DNA from: Bacilli bacterium
GTDB taxonomy: Bacteria > Bacillota_I > Bacilli_A > RF39 > UBA660
Direction of reading: 5' to 3'
Length of the DNA: 64,000 nucleotides
Assembly: GCA_017478105.1 (NCBI GenBank)
Contig: JAFVEF010000047.1
Coordinates: 27,204-91,203, forward strand
In this document: positions 19,760 to 29,786 of the stretch, piece by piece
How positions within the stretch are numbered: the stretch's first letter is position 1
How the letters are laid out: the number at the start of each line of letters is the position of its first letter
Program-made: the position numbers and the translations under genes
The notes under the pieces: model-generated
Database searches by the model: none
What the model was told of the DNA's origin: nothing
The model's input: the letters and a program-made list of their open reading frames with translations, nothing else

Positions 19760-21122
19760 TATAAATAAAGAAATATTAAAATATTTTATAATATTTTCTC
19801 TAATAATATTATTTCTATTATGGATACTTCAAATATTATTATTTAAAACATTTTATAAGTATCAAAAAATATCTGATATAAAAACATCATCTAAACTAAT
19901 AAAAAATAGTATTAATACTAATAATTATGAAGAAGTTCTAAATAAAATAGCCTTTGATAATAGTGTTTGTATAGAAATGAATAATAATAATTATGATTTA
20001 TTATATTCTTCTACTTATTTTGGTAAGGGTTGTATTTCTTCATTAGAAAAATCTTATCGATATAAATATGATTTTATAAGTAAACAAAAACAAGAAGAAA
20101 CTTATGAACTTATAAATGAAGAGTTTAATAATACTACTCTAGTACAAGCATTAAAATTAAATAATAAATATATATTTATAAATACATCTCTAGAACCATT
20201 AGATGGAATAACATCTTTAATTCAAAAACAATTAATAGTAGTATCTTTACTAATATATGTAATATCTATAGTACTAGCATATTATATATCTAATCATATA
20301 TCTGAACCAATAAAGGATATAAATAGTAAAGCTAAGAATTTAACTAAAGGAAATTATAATATTAAATTTAATGAAGATACTAAGATAAAGGAATTAGATG
20401 AACTTTCAAAAACATTAAATGAAACTACAAAAGAACTATCAAGAACAGATGAATTAAGAAGAGATTTAATGGCTAATGTATCTCATGATTTAAAAACTCC
20501 ATTAACTATGATTAAAGCTTATGCAGAGATGTCTACTGATCTACATAAAAACAATTTAGAAAAACAAAAAGAAGATATGAATACTATTATAGAAGAAACT
20601 GATAGATTAACACTTTTAGTAAATGATATATTAGAGTTATCTAAAATGGAATCTATTGATGAAAAATTAGAATTAAATAAATTTGATCTAATTAAAATGA
20701 TTAATAATATTCTAGATAAATATAAAGTATTAGAAGAAACTGAATCATATAATTTTATCTTTATTCATAAAGATATAAAATTACTAGTAGAAGCTAATGA
20801 AAATAAACTATATCAAGTAATATATAATTTAATAAATAATGCGATTAATTATACAGGAGAAGATAATACTGTAACGATAAAAGTAACTAATAAAGATAAA
20901 ATAAAAGTAGAAATAATAGATACTGGTAAAGGTATAAAAGAAGAAGATATTCCTTATATTTGGGATAAGTATTATAAGAATAAAAAGAAACATAAAAGAA
21001 ATTTAATTGGTACAGGACTAGGACTAAGTATCGTTAAAAAGATATTAGAAGAACATAATTATAATTATGGAGTAAAATCTTCATCAAAAGGAACAAACTT
21101 CTACTTTGAAATAGATAAATAA
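19743..21122 (+). CDS. sensor histidine kinase (two TM helices, HisKA H-box SHDLKTPL, HATPase_c)
   Basis: Overlaps the regulator gene end. Carries H-box, N-box NAINYT and G-boxes DTGKGI / GTGLGLSI. Confidence 0.9.
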   Translation: MLKKNNINKEILKYFIIFSLIILFLLWILQILLFKTFYKYQKISDIKTSSKLIKNSINTNNYEEVLNKIAFDNSVCIEMNNNNYDLLYSSTYFGKGCISSLEKSYRYKYDFISKQKQEETYELINEEFNNTTLVQALKLNNKYIFINTSLEPLDGITSLIQKQLIVVSLLIYVISIVLAYYISNHISEPIKDINSKAKNLTKGNYNIKFNEDTKIKELDELSKTLNETTKELSRTDELRRDLMANVSHDLKTPLTMIKAYAEMSTDLHKNNLEKQKEDMNTIIEETDRLTLLVNDILELSKMESIDEKLELNKFDLIKMINNILDKYKVLEETESYNFIFIHKDIKLLVEANENKLYQVIYNLINNAINYTGEDNTVTIKVTNKDKIKVEIIDTGKGIKEEDIPYIWDKYYKNKKKHKRNLIGTGLGLSIVKKILEEHNYNYGVKSSSKGTNFYFEIDK

Positions 21123-21149
21123 AAGACACATCACAATTGATGTGTCTTT
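21122..21149. terminator. bidirectional intrinsic terminator between convergent kinase and surface-protein genes
   Basis: Perfect 12-bp stem aaagacacatca-caat-tgatgtgtcttt flanked by A/T runs. Confidence 0.7.
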
Positions 21150-21169
21150 AATATTACAAATTTTACTAT

Positions 21170-23275
21170 TTAATTAGTATCAACCACATAAGGATGTTCC
21201 ATAAAACCATCACCAGATAAATACACAGTTCCAGGTTTTAGTGAAACTGCCGGACGAAGACCCTGTGAAAAATAAATGCCATCGTTACTCAAGTGCCCAC
21301 TTGAAGTCACAACACAACTGTAAGCGTAGTATATGATGTTGAAAAAGTAAGGTGAAGCAAGCCAATAATATCGTCCCGCTTTTCGAACATTATCATTATT
21401 TAAAATATTAATTTCAGAACTTGACATCAATCCAACTTTATAAGTTAATTTTGCTTTATTATTGGATACACTAAATTTATCTGTTGTATTTGTACAACTT
21501 AAATCACTTGAAACATTATAATTTTTAAATTGAAGATATGTATTTGTCATACCGCCATCAGGATTCCATCCTCCAAGAGAACTGATTGATCTATCGTTGC
21601 AGAATATAGTATCTTCTAAGTAATCACTATAATCTTCTAATAAATAATGCTTATACCAGGCATCTACTCCACTTTTCATCGTTGAATTTACCTGATTAAC
21701 GCCATCATCGTACAGCATCTCATTAACTGCATCTTCAACACTTTTACCATTAGTAATGTTTATATAGTATGGCTTAGTTCCACTCATGTAATAAATATAA
21801 GATATGGTTGTACATTCACCTGTATCATTCCAACATGTATAATGCGCATTGTTTATACTTGTTTTATTAGTTTCATTCCAATCAAAGAAAGTTGTAGAAG
21901 TATCATTATTTAATACATATTTACTTCCATCCCAAGTGAATCCTTTTGCATATTTATAATTCTTTGAACTACTTATATATGTCATCGACGTATTTGATGT
22001 TGCAGTAGTATACCATAAGTAACTACATGTATCATTCACTGCATTCTTACATACATATTTATTTGCTCCCACACTACTATAGCTTGTATACCAGTCTTTT
22101 CTTTCTATTGTTGTTGGATTATTAATCGTATATGTACCGTCTCCATTATCGGTGAAACTATCTCCATAAGTATAAGTGTAGTTAAAATCAGACAATGTAT
22201 GATTTCCAGAATTAGATAGTGTAATATAATACATGGTCGAATTGTTTACTGCCACTATATAATACACATTACTATTAGTATAAGTTTGTGTTGCATTTCT
22301 AAAAGTATATTTACCTACTAAACTTGGATAATTTGCTGTGGAAGTAACCTGGTCTGGATTATCTAAGTTATATCTATTGGCAGTTGGACTTCCCCAAGTT
22401 ACAGAATCTGCATACCAGTATGATGTTGATAGTGAATTACTTGAAAACATCACTTCAGTTGAAGTCATTGATTTTGAATTGCTTGTATAAACAGTATTAT
22501 ACATATATCCTACATGTGCGGGTGAAGGAGCACTGGCATTAAATTCTAAAGTTCCAAATTGAGAATAATGTGAATTAGAGTTTATTGCTATTACATTAGT
22601 GTTTGGAGCATTATAAGAATCTATTAAAACTATTGCCGCACAAGAATCATCAATATTTTCACTTTTACATGTATATTTTCCAACTAATCCTGACGCAGTT
22701 GAATCACTCATTGTCGCCTTTTCAGTAGTTCCACTAACTTTAAATGTTTGAGTTGAACTATCATAAGTATAATCTGTTCCATACCAATAAGGGCCAACAA
22801 TATATTCAGAGTTTAATCCAGAATATCCTGGATGAGTACCTCTTGTATTAAGACACTGATTGTTTTCAGCTTCCCCATTGTAGATCATTTTTACTCCACC
22901 AGTATCGGTTGTTCTAATCATTTGCCAACAATGATCTGCAAATATAACATTATTCTTATCTAGTATTTGTGTACCTTGTGTATCGTTAGTTGCATACCAA
23001 TGATATATATCTTTAGAAGGAGCATCTGTAAATGAATCATGATGTGCACCTGTATACTTCGTAGCTAATCCTCCTGTTTCTGCTTCTTTTGCTAAAACAT
23101 TATATAAAGTCTTTTCATAATACTTTTTAACATTTAAATTACCATTTATATTTAAATTAGTAGAAAGTGTAGAATATCCAATAGATAGAAACATAAAAAG
23201 TACTAAAATTATATTTAGTACCAATCTCTTATTAAGTAGTTGTCTTTTCTTAACAATTCTTCTCATCTTTTTCAT
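21170..23275 (-). CDS. large exported Cys/Tyr/Asn/Thr-rich surface protein (paralog family member)
   Basis: N-terminal ~150 aa are about 90% identical to the 57350..59638 product, including the signal/anchor KKRQL..LVLFMFLSIGYSTLSTNLNING. C-terminal YYWLASP...GLRPAVSLKPG. Start at MKKMRR, 5 nt after GGTAGGT. Confidence 0.75.
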   Translation of the reverse strand: MKKMRRIVKKRQLLNKRLVLNIILVLFMFLSIGYSTLSTNLNINGNLNVKKYYEKTLYNVLAKEAETGGLATKYTGAHHDSFTDAPSKDIYHWYATNDTQGTQILDKNNVIFADHCWQMIRTTDTGGVKMIYNGEAENNQCLNTRGTHPGYSGLNSEYIVGPYWYGTDYTYDSSTQTFKVSGTTEKATMSDSTASGLVGKYTCKSENIDDSCAAIVLIDSYNAPNTNVIAINSNSHYSQFGTLEFNASAPSPAHVGYMYNTVYTSNSKSMTSTEVMFSSNSLSTSYWYADSVTWGSPTANRYNLDNPDQVTSTANYPSLVGKYTFRNATQTYTNSNVYYIVAVNNSTMYYITLSNSGNHTLSDFNYTYTYGDSFTDNGDGTYTINNPTTIERKDWYTSYSSVGANKYVCKNAVNDTCSYLWYTTATSNTSMTYISSSKNYKYAKGFTWDGSKYVLNNDTSTTFFDWNETNKTSINNAHYTCWNDTGECTTISYIYYMSGTKPYYINITNGKSVEDAVNEMLYDDGVNQVNSTMKSGVDAWYKHYLLEDYSDYLEDTIFCNDRSISSLGGWNPDGGMTNTYLQFKNYNVSSDLSCTNTTDKFSVSNNKAKLTYKVGLMSSSEINILNNDNVRKAGRYYWLASPYFFNIIYYAYSCVVTSSGHLSNDGIYFSQGLRPAVSLKPGTVYLSGDGFMEHPYVVDTN

Positions 23276-23328
23276 ACTATACCTACCATATGAATTATAT
23301 ATCAAAATTAAAAGAAATGCAAATAAAC

Positions 23329-23799
23329 TTACATCTCTTTTATACCTTCTTTTATATCATGAATAACACATTCTAAGAACTCTTTTTCTTCTAAACATAT
23401 TACCCCACTTTGATAATACTTATAATCACTTTCTATTAAATCTTTTAAATCTTTTTGATTAATTACCTTAGTATCAACCCATTTATCTTTATCAACATCA
23501 GAAAAATATATATGATTTGGATTATATATAATTTCTTCTAAAGATCCTAACACATAATAAATAGGATTTTCTACTTCTTTTTTCTTACTTAGTACTTGAA
23601 TTATTTCTTCATACTTATTCTTTTTCTTCCCCATAACTTTAAAATTACTATTACTTTTATACTTATGTTTATTAATATATTTATCTAATTTATCTAAATA
23701 TTTTTCTGCTTCTTCAGAAGTCTTAATATGATGTTTTGTATAATAACCATAATACTTTCTACCTAATTCCCCTCTTAATAACTTCCTTTTAAAAACCAT
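23329..23799 (-). CDS. basic hypothetical protein co-transcribed downstream of the HelD-like helicase
   Basis: 156-aa Lys/Tyr-rich ORF 12 nt after the helicase stop. No recognisable motif. Confidence 0.4.
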   Translation of the reverse strand: MVFKRKLLRGELGRKYYGYYTKHHIKTSEEAEKYLDKLDKYINKHKYKSNSNFKVMGKKKNKYEEIIQVLSKKKEVENPIYYVLGSLEEIIYNPNHIYFSDVDKDKWVDTKVINQKDLKDLIESDYKYYQSGVICLEEKEFLECVIHDIKEGIKEM

Positions 23800-23811
23800 A
23801 TAATCCTCCTA

Positions 23812-25845
23812 CTAATTATATATAACTAATTCATGTTGACACCTAGTACATGCAACATATAATAAATTTCTTTCATTATTCTTATAACTATTATCTCTAT
23901 TATTATAAATAATAACACTATCAAACTCTAATCCTTTAGATACATAAGCTGGTATTATTATTAAATCTTTATTAAAAGACTTAGTATTATAATCTACTAA
24001 AGAAATATTAAAACTATCTTTTAATAAATCATATAACTCTAAAGCTTCCCTATCATCTTTAGTAATAATAGCTAAACTTTTATAATTACTAACTAATCTT
24101 TTAATATCTTCACACATTCTATCCTTTACATTTAAAACACCTTTTCTTATAATTACAGGTTTATTAGTATTTCTTCTAATCGCATTAACATGTTTTAAAT
24201 TAAGAATTTTATTTGTATAATCTATTATTTCTGGAGAAGATCTATAAGTCTTTAATAATTCTAAATACTTAGTATCCCCCTTAAATAAACTACATAAATC
24301 TTTTAAAGAATCATAACTATAATATGGATTAATATTTTGATTAATATCTCCAAGTATAGTAAACTCTGCTTTTTTAAATATATTAGTAATTATAATATAT
24401 TGAAGCTTATTATAATCTTGTGCTTCATCAATTACTACTTGTCTAATACTAGATTCATATAAAAAACCACCTAATTTACCCTTTAAATATGCCAGTATTA
24501 AACTATCTTCATAATTAATATAATCTTTATATAAACTATTATGTATTATTTTACTATCAACAGTATATTTAAAATAATCACTATTATAAAAATCTTCAAG
24601 TATTTTTACATAATCCTTTTCAAAGTTACTATTCTTATATAATAATTTTAAGTATGTTTTAACTCTACTTAATTTACCTTTATAATTATTAGAACATATT
24701 TTTTCAGCAATCTCATCTACTCTTTCAAATAAAGGTAATCTAGAATATTTTTCATGTAATAATTCATTTAAATAATCTTTATCAATTAGATTTTTTTCTC
24801 CTTCAGTAAATGAAAAAGTAAATTTACAATTAGAAACATAATTATCAATATAATTATCTAAGTCATTAATAATTTCATCACTTTGTTTATATCTAACTAA
24901 CTCTGGATCTATTTCTTTATAAGAATAAAATCTAGATACAAAATCTGTAAATGATTCAACACTTTTATATTCATCTATAAAACAAGATAAATAATCTGCA
25001 AAAGTAGTTTGTAATGTATTAGCTTCTCCTAGTGAAGGAAGTACATCTGAAATATAATCAGTAAATATATTATTAGGAGAAAATATTAAAATATTATTAC
25101 TAGTTAAATTTTTCATTCTATAAAGTAAGAAGGCAATTCTATGAAGAGCTACTGTCGTTTTACCACTACCAGCAATCCCTTGAACAACAATATTATTGTC
25201 CTCTAAATTTCTAATTACTTTATTTTGTTCTTGCTGAATAGTATTAACAACATTTTTCATTCTTTCAGAAGATTCCCTAGCCAGTACTTCTTGTAATACT
25301 TCATCATCTATATTTAGAGAATTATCAAATACTCCAACTAACTTACCATCTTCTATTTTATATTGCCTTTTTCGCTTTAAAGTACCTAATACTTTACCTC
25401 CAGGAGCATCATAACTACAAGGACCAGTTTCATAGTCATAAAATAAACTACATATTGGACTTCTCCAATCATATAATATATTATTTGAATCAGTATCTTT
25501 TAAATAAGTTAAAGACATATATATATTATAAATAGAATTTTCATCATCTTTAAATACTATACTAGCAAAATAAGGTTTATCTTTTACTTTCCTTAAACTA
25601 TTAAAATATCTTTGTTTTTGAAAAAACTTATCTGCTTCAAGTGAAGTTGCTGCCATAACTTGCATTGATTCACCATCATCAAAACTAGAAGCATTTTCCC
25701 ACATCATTTTTTTAAATTCAACTAAATCTTCTTCACCTTTATTAACATCTACTCCAAGAGAGTCTAATGTATTAGTTAATAATTTATTAACTTTATTTAA
25801 TATTTTTTGTTCTTTTAAAAACTCTACATCACCAATAGACATCAT
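23812..25845 (-). CDS. UvrD/Rep-superfamily helicase, HelD (helicase IV)-like
   Basis: Walker A VVQGIAGSGKTTVALHRIAFLLY and C-terminal LLYVACTRCQHEL are typical of HelD. Long N-terminal helical region. True start probably at the MMSIGD Mets (GGTGA RBS) rather than the track's upstream Met. Confidence 0.65.
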   Translation of the reverse strand: MMSIGDVEFLKEQKILNKVNKLLTNTLDSLGVDVNKGEEDLVEFKKMMWENASSFDDGESMQVMAATSLEADKFFQKQRYFNSLRKVKDKPYFASIVFKDDENSIYNIYMSLTYLKDTDSNNILYDWRSPICSLFYDYETGPCSYDAPGGKVLGTLKRKRQYKIEDGKLVGVFDNSLNIDDEVLQEVLARESSERMKNVVNTIQQEQNKVIRNLEDNNIVVQGIAGSGKTTVALHRIAFLLYRMKNLTSNNILIFSPNNIFTDYISDVLPSLGEANTLQTTFADYLSCFIDEYKSVESFTDFVSRFYSYKEIDPELVRYKQSDEIINDLDNYIDNYVSNCKFTFSFTEGEKNLIDKDYLNELLHEKYSRLPLFERVDEIAEKICSNNYKGKLSRVKTYLKLLYKNSNFEKDYVKILEDFYNSDYFKYTVDSKIIHNSLYKDYINYEDSLILAYLKGKLGGFLYESSIRQVVIDEAQDYNKLQYIIITNIFKKAEFTILGDINQNINPYYSYDSLKDLCSLFKGDTKYLELLKTYRSSPEIIDYTNKILNLKHVNAIRRNTNKPVIIRKGVLNVKDRMCEDIKRLVSNYKSLAIITKDDREALELYDLLKDSFNISLVDYNTKSFNKDLIIIPAYVSKGLEFDSVIIYNNRDNSYKNNERNLLYVACTRCQHELVIYN

Positions 25846-25904
25846 ATCACCATCTAACAATATAATGATACCACACATTGTAAAACAAGTGACAAAAAAC
25901 AACT

Positions 25905-25967
25905 CTACTTAACGTCAAATAAAAAAGATAAAGAAAACAAAGCTATAATAACTTTCTTATTATTCAT
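25905..25967 (-). pseudogene. relic 5' fragment of a secreted-protein gene: family RBS + 20-codon signal-peptide stub ending in TAG
   Basis: ATAGTAGGTGATTAGGATG differs by 1 nt from the leader of the DUF285 gene at 6784. It encodes MNNKKVIIALFSLSFLFDVK then a stop, out of frame with the helicase. Confidence 0.4.
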
Positions 25968-26004
25968 CCTAATCACCTACTATATAAATAATAACATAAA
26001 AAAA

Positions 26005-26043
26005 TTAGTTTAAAATAAAAAATCATAACAATTAGTTATGATT
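26005..26043 (-). terminator. intrinsic terminator after 26032..26589 gene
   Basis: aatcataac-aatta-gttatgatt hairpin spanning the stop, then T-run on minus strand. Confidence 0.55.
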
Positions 26044-26589
26044 TATATATAAACTACTAAATATATATTTTTCAAATTGAATATATTTCATCGAATAAGA
26101 AAATCTAAACTTTTCTATAGAATCAGGTATATCATCAACAGTAATATCCCTCTTATATGAAACTCTAACTCTAATAGTTTTAGATTCATTCGCAAATAAT
26201 ACTTGATTAGGAAGTATCTCTTCTCCATCACTATAAGTAACACTATAATCTAAATAACTAGGTAAATTAGTAATTAATTCTCCGTTTAACTTACTAATAG
26301 TTGAATCAATCATTCCATCTATTGTCCCAGAATTTACTACATCAACTAAAAATTCATATGTATCTCCAGGTATAGTAAAATAAAGATCATAATTAACTAC
26401 ATTATTATCATTACTAATAGAAGAAGAACCATTATTACTACCATCTATTACTCTTAAATTATCAAAGTGAATATCCCATTTAGGATTATTAATAACAGAT
26501 GAACCAACTACATTTATAGAAGTACTCATATTAGCATATCCAACCGTTATAAAACTAAGTATTAAAACAATTACAAACAAATATTTTTT
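26032..26589 (-). CDS. small secreted protein (~185 aa), possibly a TasA/camelysin-fold minor component
   Basis: Signal peptide MKKYLFVIVLILSFITVGYA, 6 nt after AGGGGAG RBS. Weak ...PGDTYEF..N.GTIDG similarity to the TasA beta-sandwich. Immediately downstream of the DUF285 gene. Confidence 0.4.
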   Translation of the reverse strand, partial: KKYLFVIVLILSFITVGYANMSTSINVVGSSVINNPKWDIHFDNLRVIDGSNNGSSSISNDNNVVNYDLYFTIPGDTYEFLVDVVNSGTIDGMIDSTISKLNGELITNLPSYLDYSVTYSDGEEILPNQVLFANESKTIRVRVSYKRDITVDDIPDSIEKFRFSYSMKYIQFEKYIFSSLYINHN

Positions 26590-26672
26590 CATAATAATCT
26601 CCCCTGGTACGATATACAATAACATATAAATAAAAAATATACAATAAAAAAGGATGACTAATGTCATCCAAA

Positions 26673-28286
26673 CTATTTAACAACAAATGTCAAACCTGAT
26701 GTTTTCCACTTACTCGAATTAAATCTATCACAGTCAGCCTGAGTTTTACCATAACCTATTGTTGCTTCAGCATTACAAAACATCAAATCCATATTAGTAA
26801 CATTACTAGTATCAAAACTGCTTAAATCTAAAGTAGTTGCTTTACTTCCATTAAACATACTATACATATTAGTTACGTTGCTAGTATTAAAACTACTTAA
26901 GTCTATTGATGTTGCTTTACTATAAGAAAACATATTACTCATACTAACAACATTACTGGTATTAAAACTACTTATATTTAAAGTAGCTGCATTACTACCA
27001 TAAAACATATAATCCATATTAGTTACACTACTGGTATCAAAAGTACTTAAGTCTAGTGTGGTTGCTTTGCTACTATTAAAAAAATAACTCATATCAATAA
27101 CATTTGATGTATCAAAACTACTTAAATTTATACTAGTTGCATTGCTATATTCAAACAAAGAGTGCATATCGGTAACATTTGAAGTATCAAAACCACTTAA
27201 ACTTATATTAGTCGCTTTACTCCAAGAAAACATATGACTAATATTAGTAACATTTGAAGTATCAAAATTACTCAAGTCCAGATTATTAACTTCACTACTT
27301 GAAAACATACCATTCATATTAGTAACTTTTGAAGTATCAAAAGCACTTAGATCAAGGCTTGTTGCTTTAATCCCAGAAAACATTGCTGCCATTTCTGTAA
27401 CATTTGAAGTATCAAAGTAGCTTAAATCTATACTACTGGCTTTGCTATAACTGAACATATAAAGCATTGAAACAATCGGTTTATTATTTATACTACTACA
27501 CAATGTTGTAGTAACTGGTTCAGTCGATTCTTTATCAGTTAGAGCAACACCCCAACCATCATCAGTGATGTTTCTCCAATCTACATAATCTTTCTCTTGT
27601 CTATATCTATAAGTATACTGTCCATTTACATATTCTGCCCCTGGTATTAATTCACCATCAAATGTACATGGATTATCTCCAACATAATCATACATTATTG
27701 GAACATTTTCCCATACCTTATCATACTTATTAGCCTGAACAGTTTCTGTTGTTATATTTAATCGATAAGTTGCCCCATCATAACCATTCCCAGTAGATTC
27801 ACAAGTATTTACTCCATTTTCAAATGTACAAATAACATCTGCCTCAACATTAGGATTAAACGTAACACTTTTAAGTAAAGATTCAGTACTCTCCCCTGGT
27901 GCTAGTTCTTTTGTATAGTAATAATATTCATCTTTATAAAGCCAATCATTTTGATTATCTAAATTAATTATCGCAACTTTTTCATTATTATATTCTAATG
28001 ATAATGTCTCATTATTTCTACTTGTCCATGATTCATCTAATTTAACCCTAACACGTACAGGAATAGTTCCTTCATTTTTAGTTGTTATTGTTTTTGGTGT
28101 TTCATCACCAGGAGTCCAATTAGTTGGACTTTGAAATACTTCTCTTGTAACAGTTTTATAAATTCCTGCTGAAAAAATATTTTCAAATGTATCAGTAGAT
28201 AACAAATATGCAAAAGATCCCAAAACTAAGAAAACTACAAAAACTAAAACAATAAATATTAAACTTTTCTTATTCTTTAATTTCAC
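26673..28286 (-). CDS. secreted surface protein: SipW-cognate-type signal + camelysin/TasA-like N-domain + DUF285 repeats (paralog of 5237..6784)
   Basis: GTG start after AGGTGA. N-terminus (M)KLKNKKS...SFAYLLSTDTFENIF...GIYKT. About 9 DLSxFDTSNVTNM..MF repeats. N-domain nearly identical to the paralog. Confidence 0.7.
   Translation of the reverse strand: MKLKNKKSLIFIVLVFVVFLVLGSFAYLLSTDTFENIFSAGIYKTVTREVFQSPTNWTPGDETPKTITTKNEGTIPVRVRVKLDESWTSRNNETLSLEYNNEKVAIINLDNQNDWLYKDEYYYYTKELAPGESTESLLKSVTFNPNVEADVICTFENGVNTCESTGNGYDGATYRLNITTETVQANKYDKVWENVPIMYDYVGDNPCTFDGELIPGAEYVNGQYTYRYRQEKDYVDWRNITDDGWGVALTDKESTEPVTTTLCSSINNKPIVSMLYMFSYSKASSIDLSYFDTSNVTEMAAMFSGIKATSLDLSAFDTSKVTNMNGMFSSSEVNNLDLSNFDTSNVTNISHMFSWSKATNISLSGFDTSNVTDMHSLFEYSNATSINLSSFDTSNVIDMSYFFNSSKATTLDLSTFDTSSVTNMDYMFYGSNAATLNISSFNTSNVVSMSNMFSYSKATSIDLSSFNTSNVTNMYSMFNGSKATTLDLSSFDTSNVTNMDLMFCNAEATIGYGKTQADCDRFNSSKWKTSGLTFVVK
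26726..27440 (-). repeat. tandem 26-codon DUF285 repeat array inside CDS
   Basis: Reiterated protein and DNA units, as in 5281..5935. Confidence 0.7.
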
Positions 28287-28325
28287 ATTATCACCTACTT
28301 TAATAACTAACTTAGTAAAATATAA

Positions 28326-29705
28326 CTATTTATTATATTTCTCAATATAAGATAAAAACTCTTCCTTTAATTCATTCAATCTTTCTTCACTTTTAGCTTC
28401 AAATCTAGCAGTAATATTAGGACCAGTATTAGAACAACGTACTAAAGCCCATCCATCATCAAAATCAACTCTTAATCCATCAATATCATTATATTTATAT
28501 CCTTTTTCATCAAGCAATTTTTTAATATTATCAATAACAGTAAATTTAATATTATCTAAAGATTTAAATTTTAATTCTTCAGTAGAATAATAATGATTAA
28601 TTCCTTCTAATAATTCTTCAACACTTTTAGAAGTTTTAGAAAGAATTTCAAGTAATCTAAGACCTGCATACATTCCACTATCAAAGCCTTTCCATCTATC
28701 TCTAAAATAAACATGTCCTGATAACTCACCACCAAATGGTAAATCTTCTTCTCTAACTTTAGCTTTAGTGTAAGAGTTTCCAGTTCTATAACATATACCT
28801 TCTCCACCAAGTTTTTCTATTTCATCACTCAAACTCTTAGAACACTTAACATCATATAAAAACTTCTTATTACTAACTTTATCAATAATATCTCTAATAA
28901 TAATAATCATATAAATATCTGTCGGTATAAATTTTGCGGTATTAGATACTACTCCTAATCTATCACCATCACCATCGAAAGAAATCCCAACATCAGCACC
29001 AACTTCAAGAACCTTTTCTTTTAACTGTCTTAAATTATCTTCAATACAAGGATCAGGATGATGATTAGGAAAAGTCCCATCATTTTCTTCATTTATAATA
29101 ATTAAATCTATTGGAAACTGTTCATAAATACTTCTGCAAAAACTACTACAAGCCCCATTAGCAGGATCAACAACAACCTTTACCCTTCTCTTTCCAAATT
29201 TTAATCCTTTTAAAAATTCTAATTTATAATCATTAAATATATCATAAGAATCAATATATCCTTCTCCACTTAAGAAATCACCTCTTATTAATTCTTCTAA
29301 AAAATCTTGTATTTCTTGACCCTTACAATTACCAGACTCATCAAAAGCAAACTTAAACCCATTATCATCTTTAGGATTATGACTAGCAGTAACCATTACT
29401 CCACTAGGAATACCTAACTTTATACAAGCAAAATAATACATTGGAGTAGTACATAAACCTAAAGTAATAATATCTACCCCAGTCTCTTTAATACCAGTAA
29501 TTAAAGCTTCATATAAAGAAGGAGAAGATAATCTATTATCATGTCCAACTACACATTTATTATAACCCAATCTTTTTATATGACTTCCAAATCCCAATCC
29601 TACCGTATAAGCAGTATCACAATCTAATTCACTAGGATATACTCCTCTAATATCATAACCCCTAAAAATATTTCTATTTAAATCACTCTTATAATTATAA
29701 TTCAT
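28326..29705 (-). CDS. alpha-D-phosphohexomutase (phosphoglucomutase/phosphomannomutase/GlmM family)
   Basis: Active-site TASHNP, metal loop DGDGDR, sugar-binding GELSGH, phosphate-binding RCSNTGP. Confidence 0.85.
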   Translation of the reverse strand: MNYNYKSDLNRNIFRGYDIRGVYPSELDCDTAYTVGLGFGSHIKRLGYNKCVVGHDNRLSSPSLYEALITGIKETGVDIITLGLCTTPMYYFACIKLGIPSGVMVTASHNPKDDNGFKFAFDESGNCKGQEIQDFLEELIRGDFLSGEGYIDSYDIFNDYKLEFLKGLKFGKRRVKVVVDPANGACSSFCRSIYEQFPIDLIIINEENDGTFPNHHPDPCIEDNLRQLKEKVLEVGADVGISFDGDGDRLGVVSNTAKFIPTDIYMIIIIRDIIDKVSNKKFLYDVKCSKSLSDEIEKLGGEGICYRTGNSYTKAKVREEDLPFGGELSGHVYFRDRWKGFDSGMYAGLRLLEILSKTSKSVEELLEGINHYYSTEELKFKSLDNIKFTVIDNIKKLLDEKGYKYNDIDGLRVDFDDGWALVRCSNTGPNITARFEAKSEERLNELKEEFLSYIEKYNK

Positions 29706-29757
29706 AAAAATACTCTCCTACTATATAAATAGTACCATTTAAATGTATTTTTATCAA

Positions 29758-29786
29758 TCAAAAAAAAAGAAGAATTACTTCTTCTA
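29758..29786 (-). terminator. intrinsic terminator after ZIP transporter gene
   Basis: agaagaa-ttac-ttcttct hairpin at the stop, 8-T run on minus strand. Confidence 0.5.

Noticed and set aside
23812-25902. Track start of the helD-like gene at 25902 (MFFVTCFTMCGIII...)
   Set aside because: That N-terminal extension is hydrophobic, has no RBS and overlaps the relic stub region. The Mets at MMSIGD (about 25845) follow a GGTGA RBS and fit HelD N-termini better.
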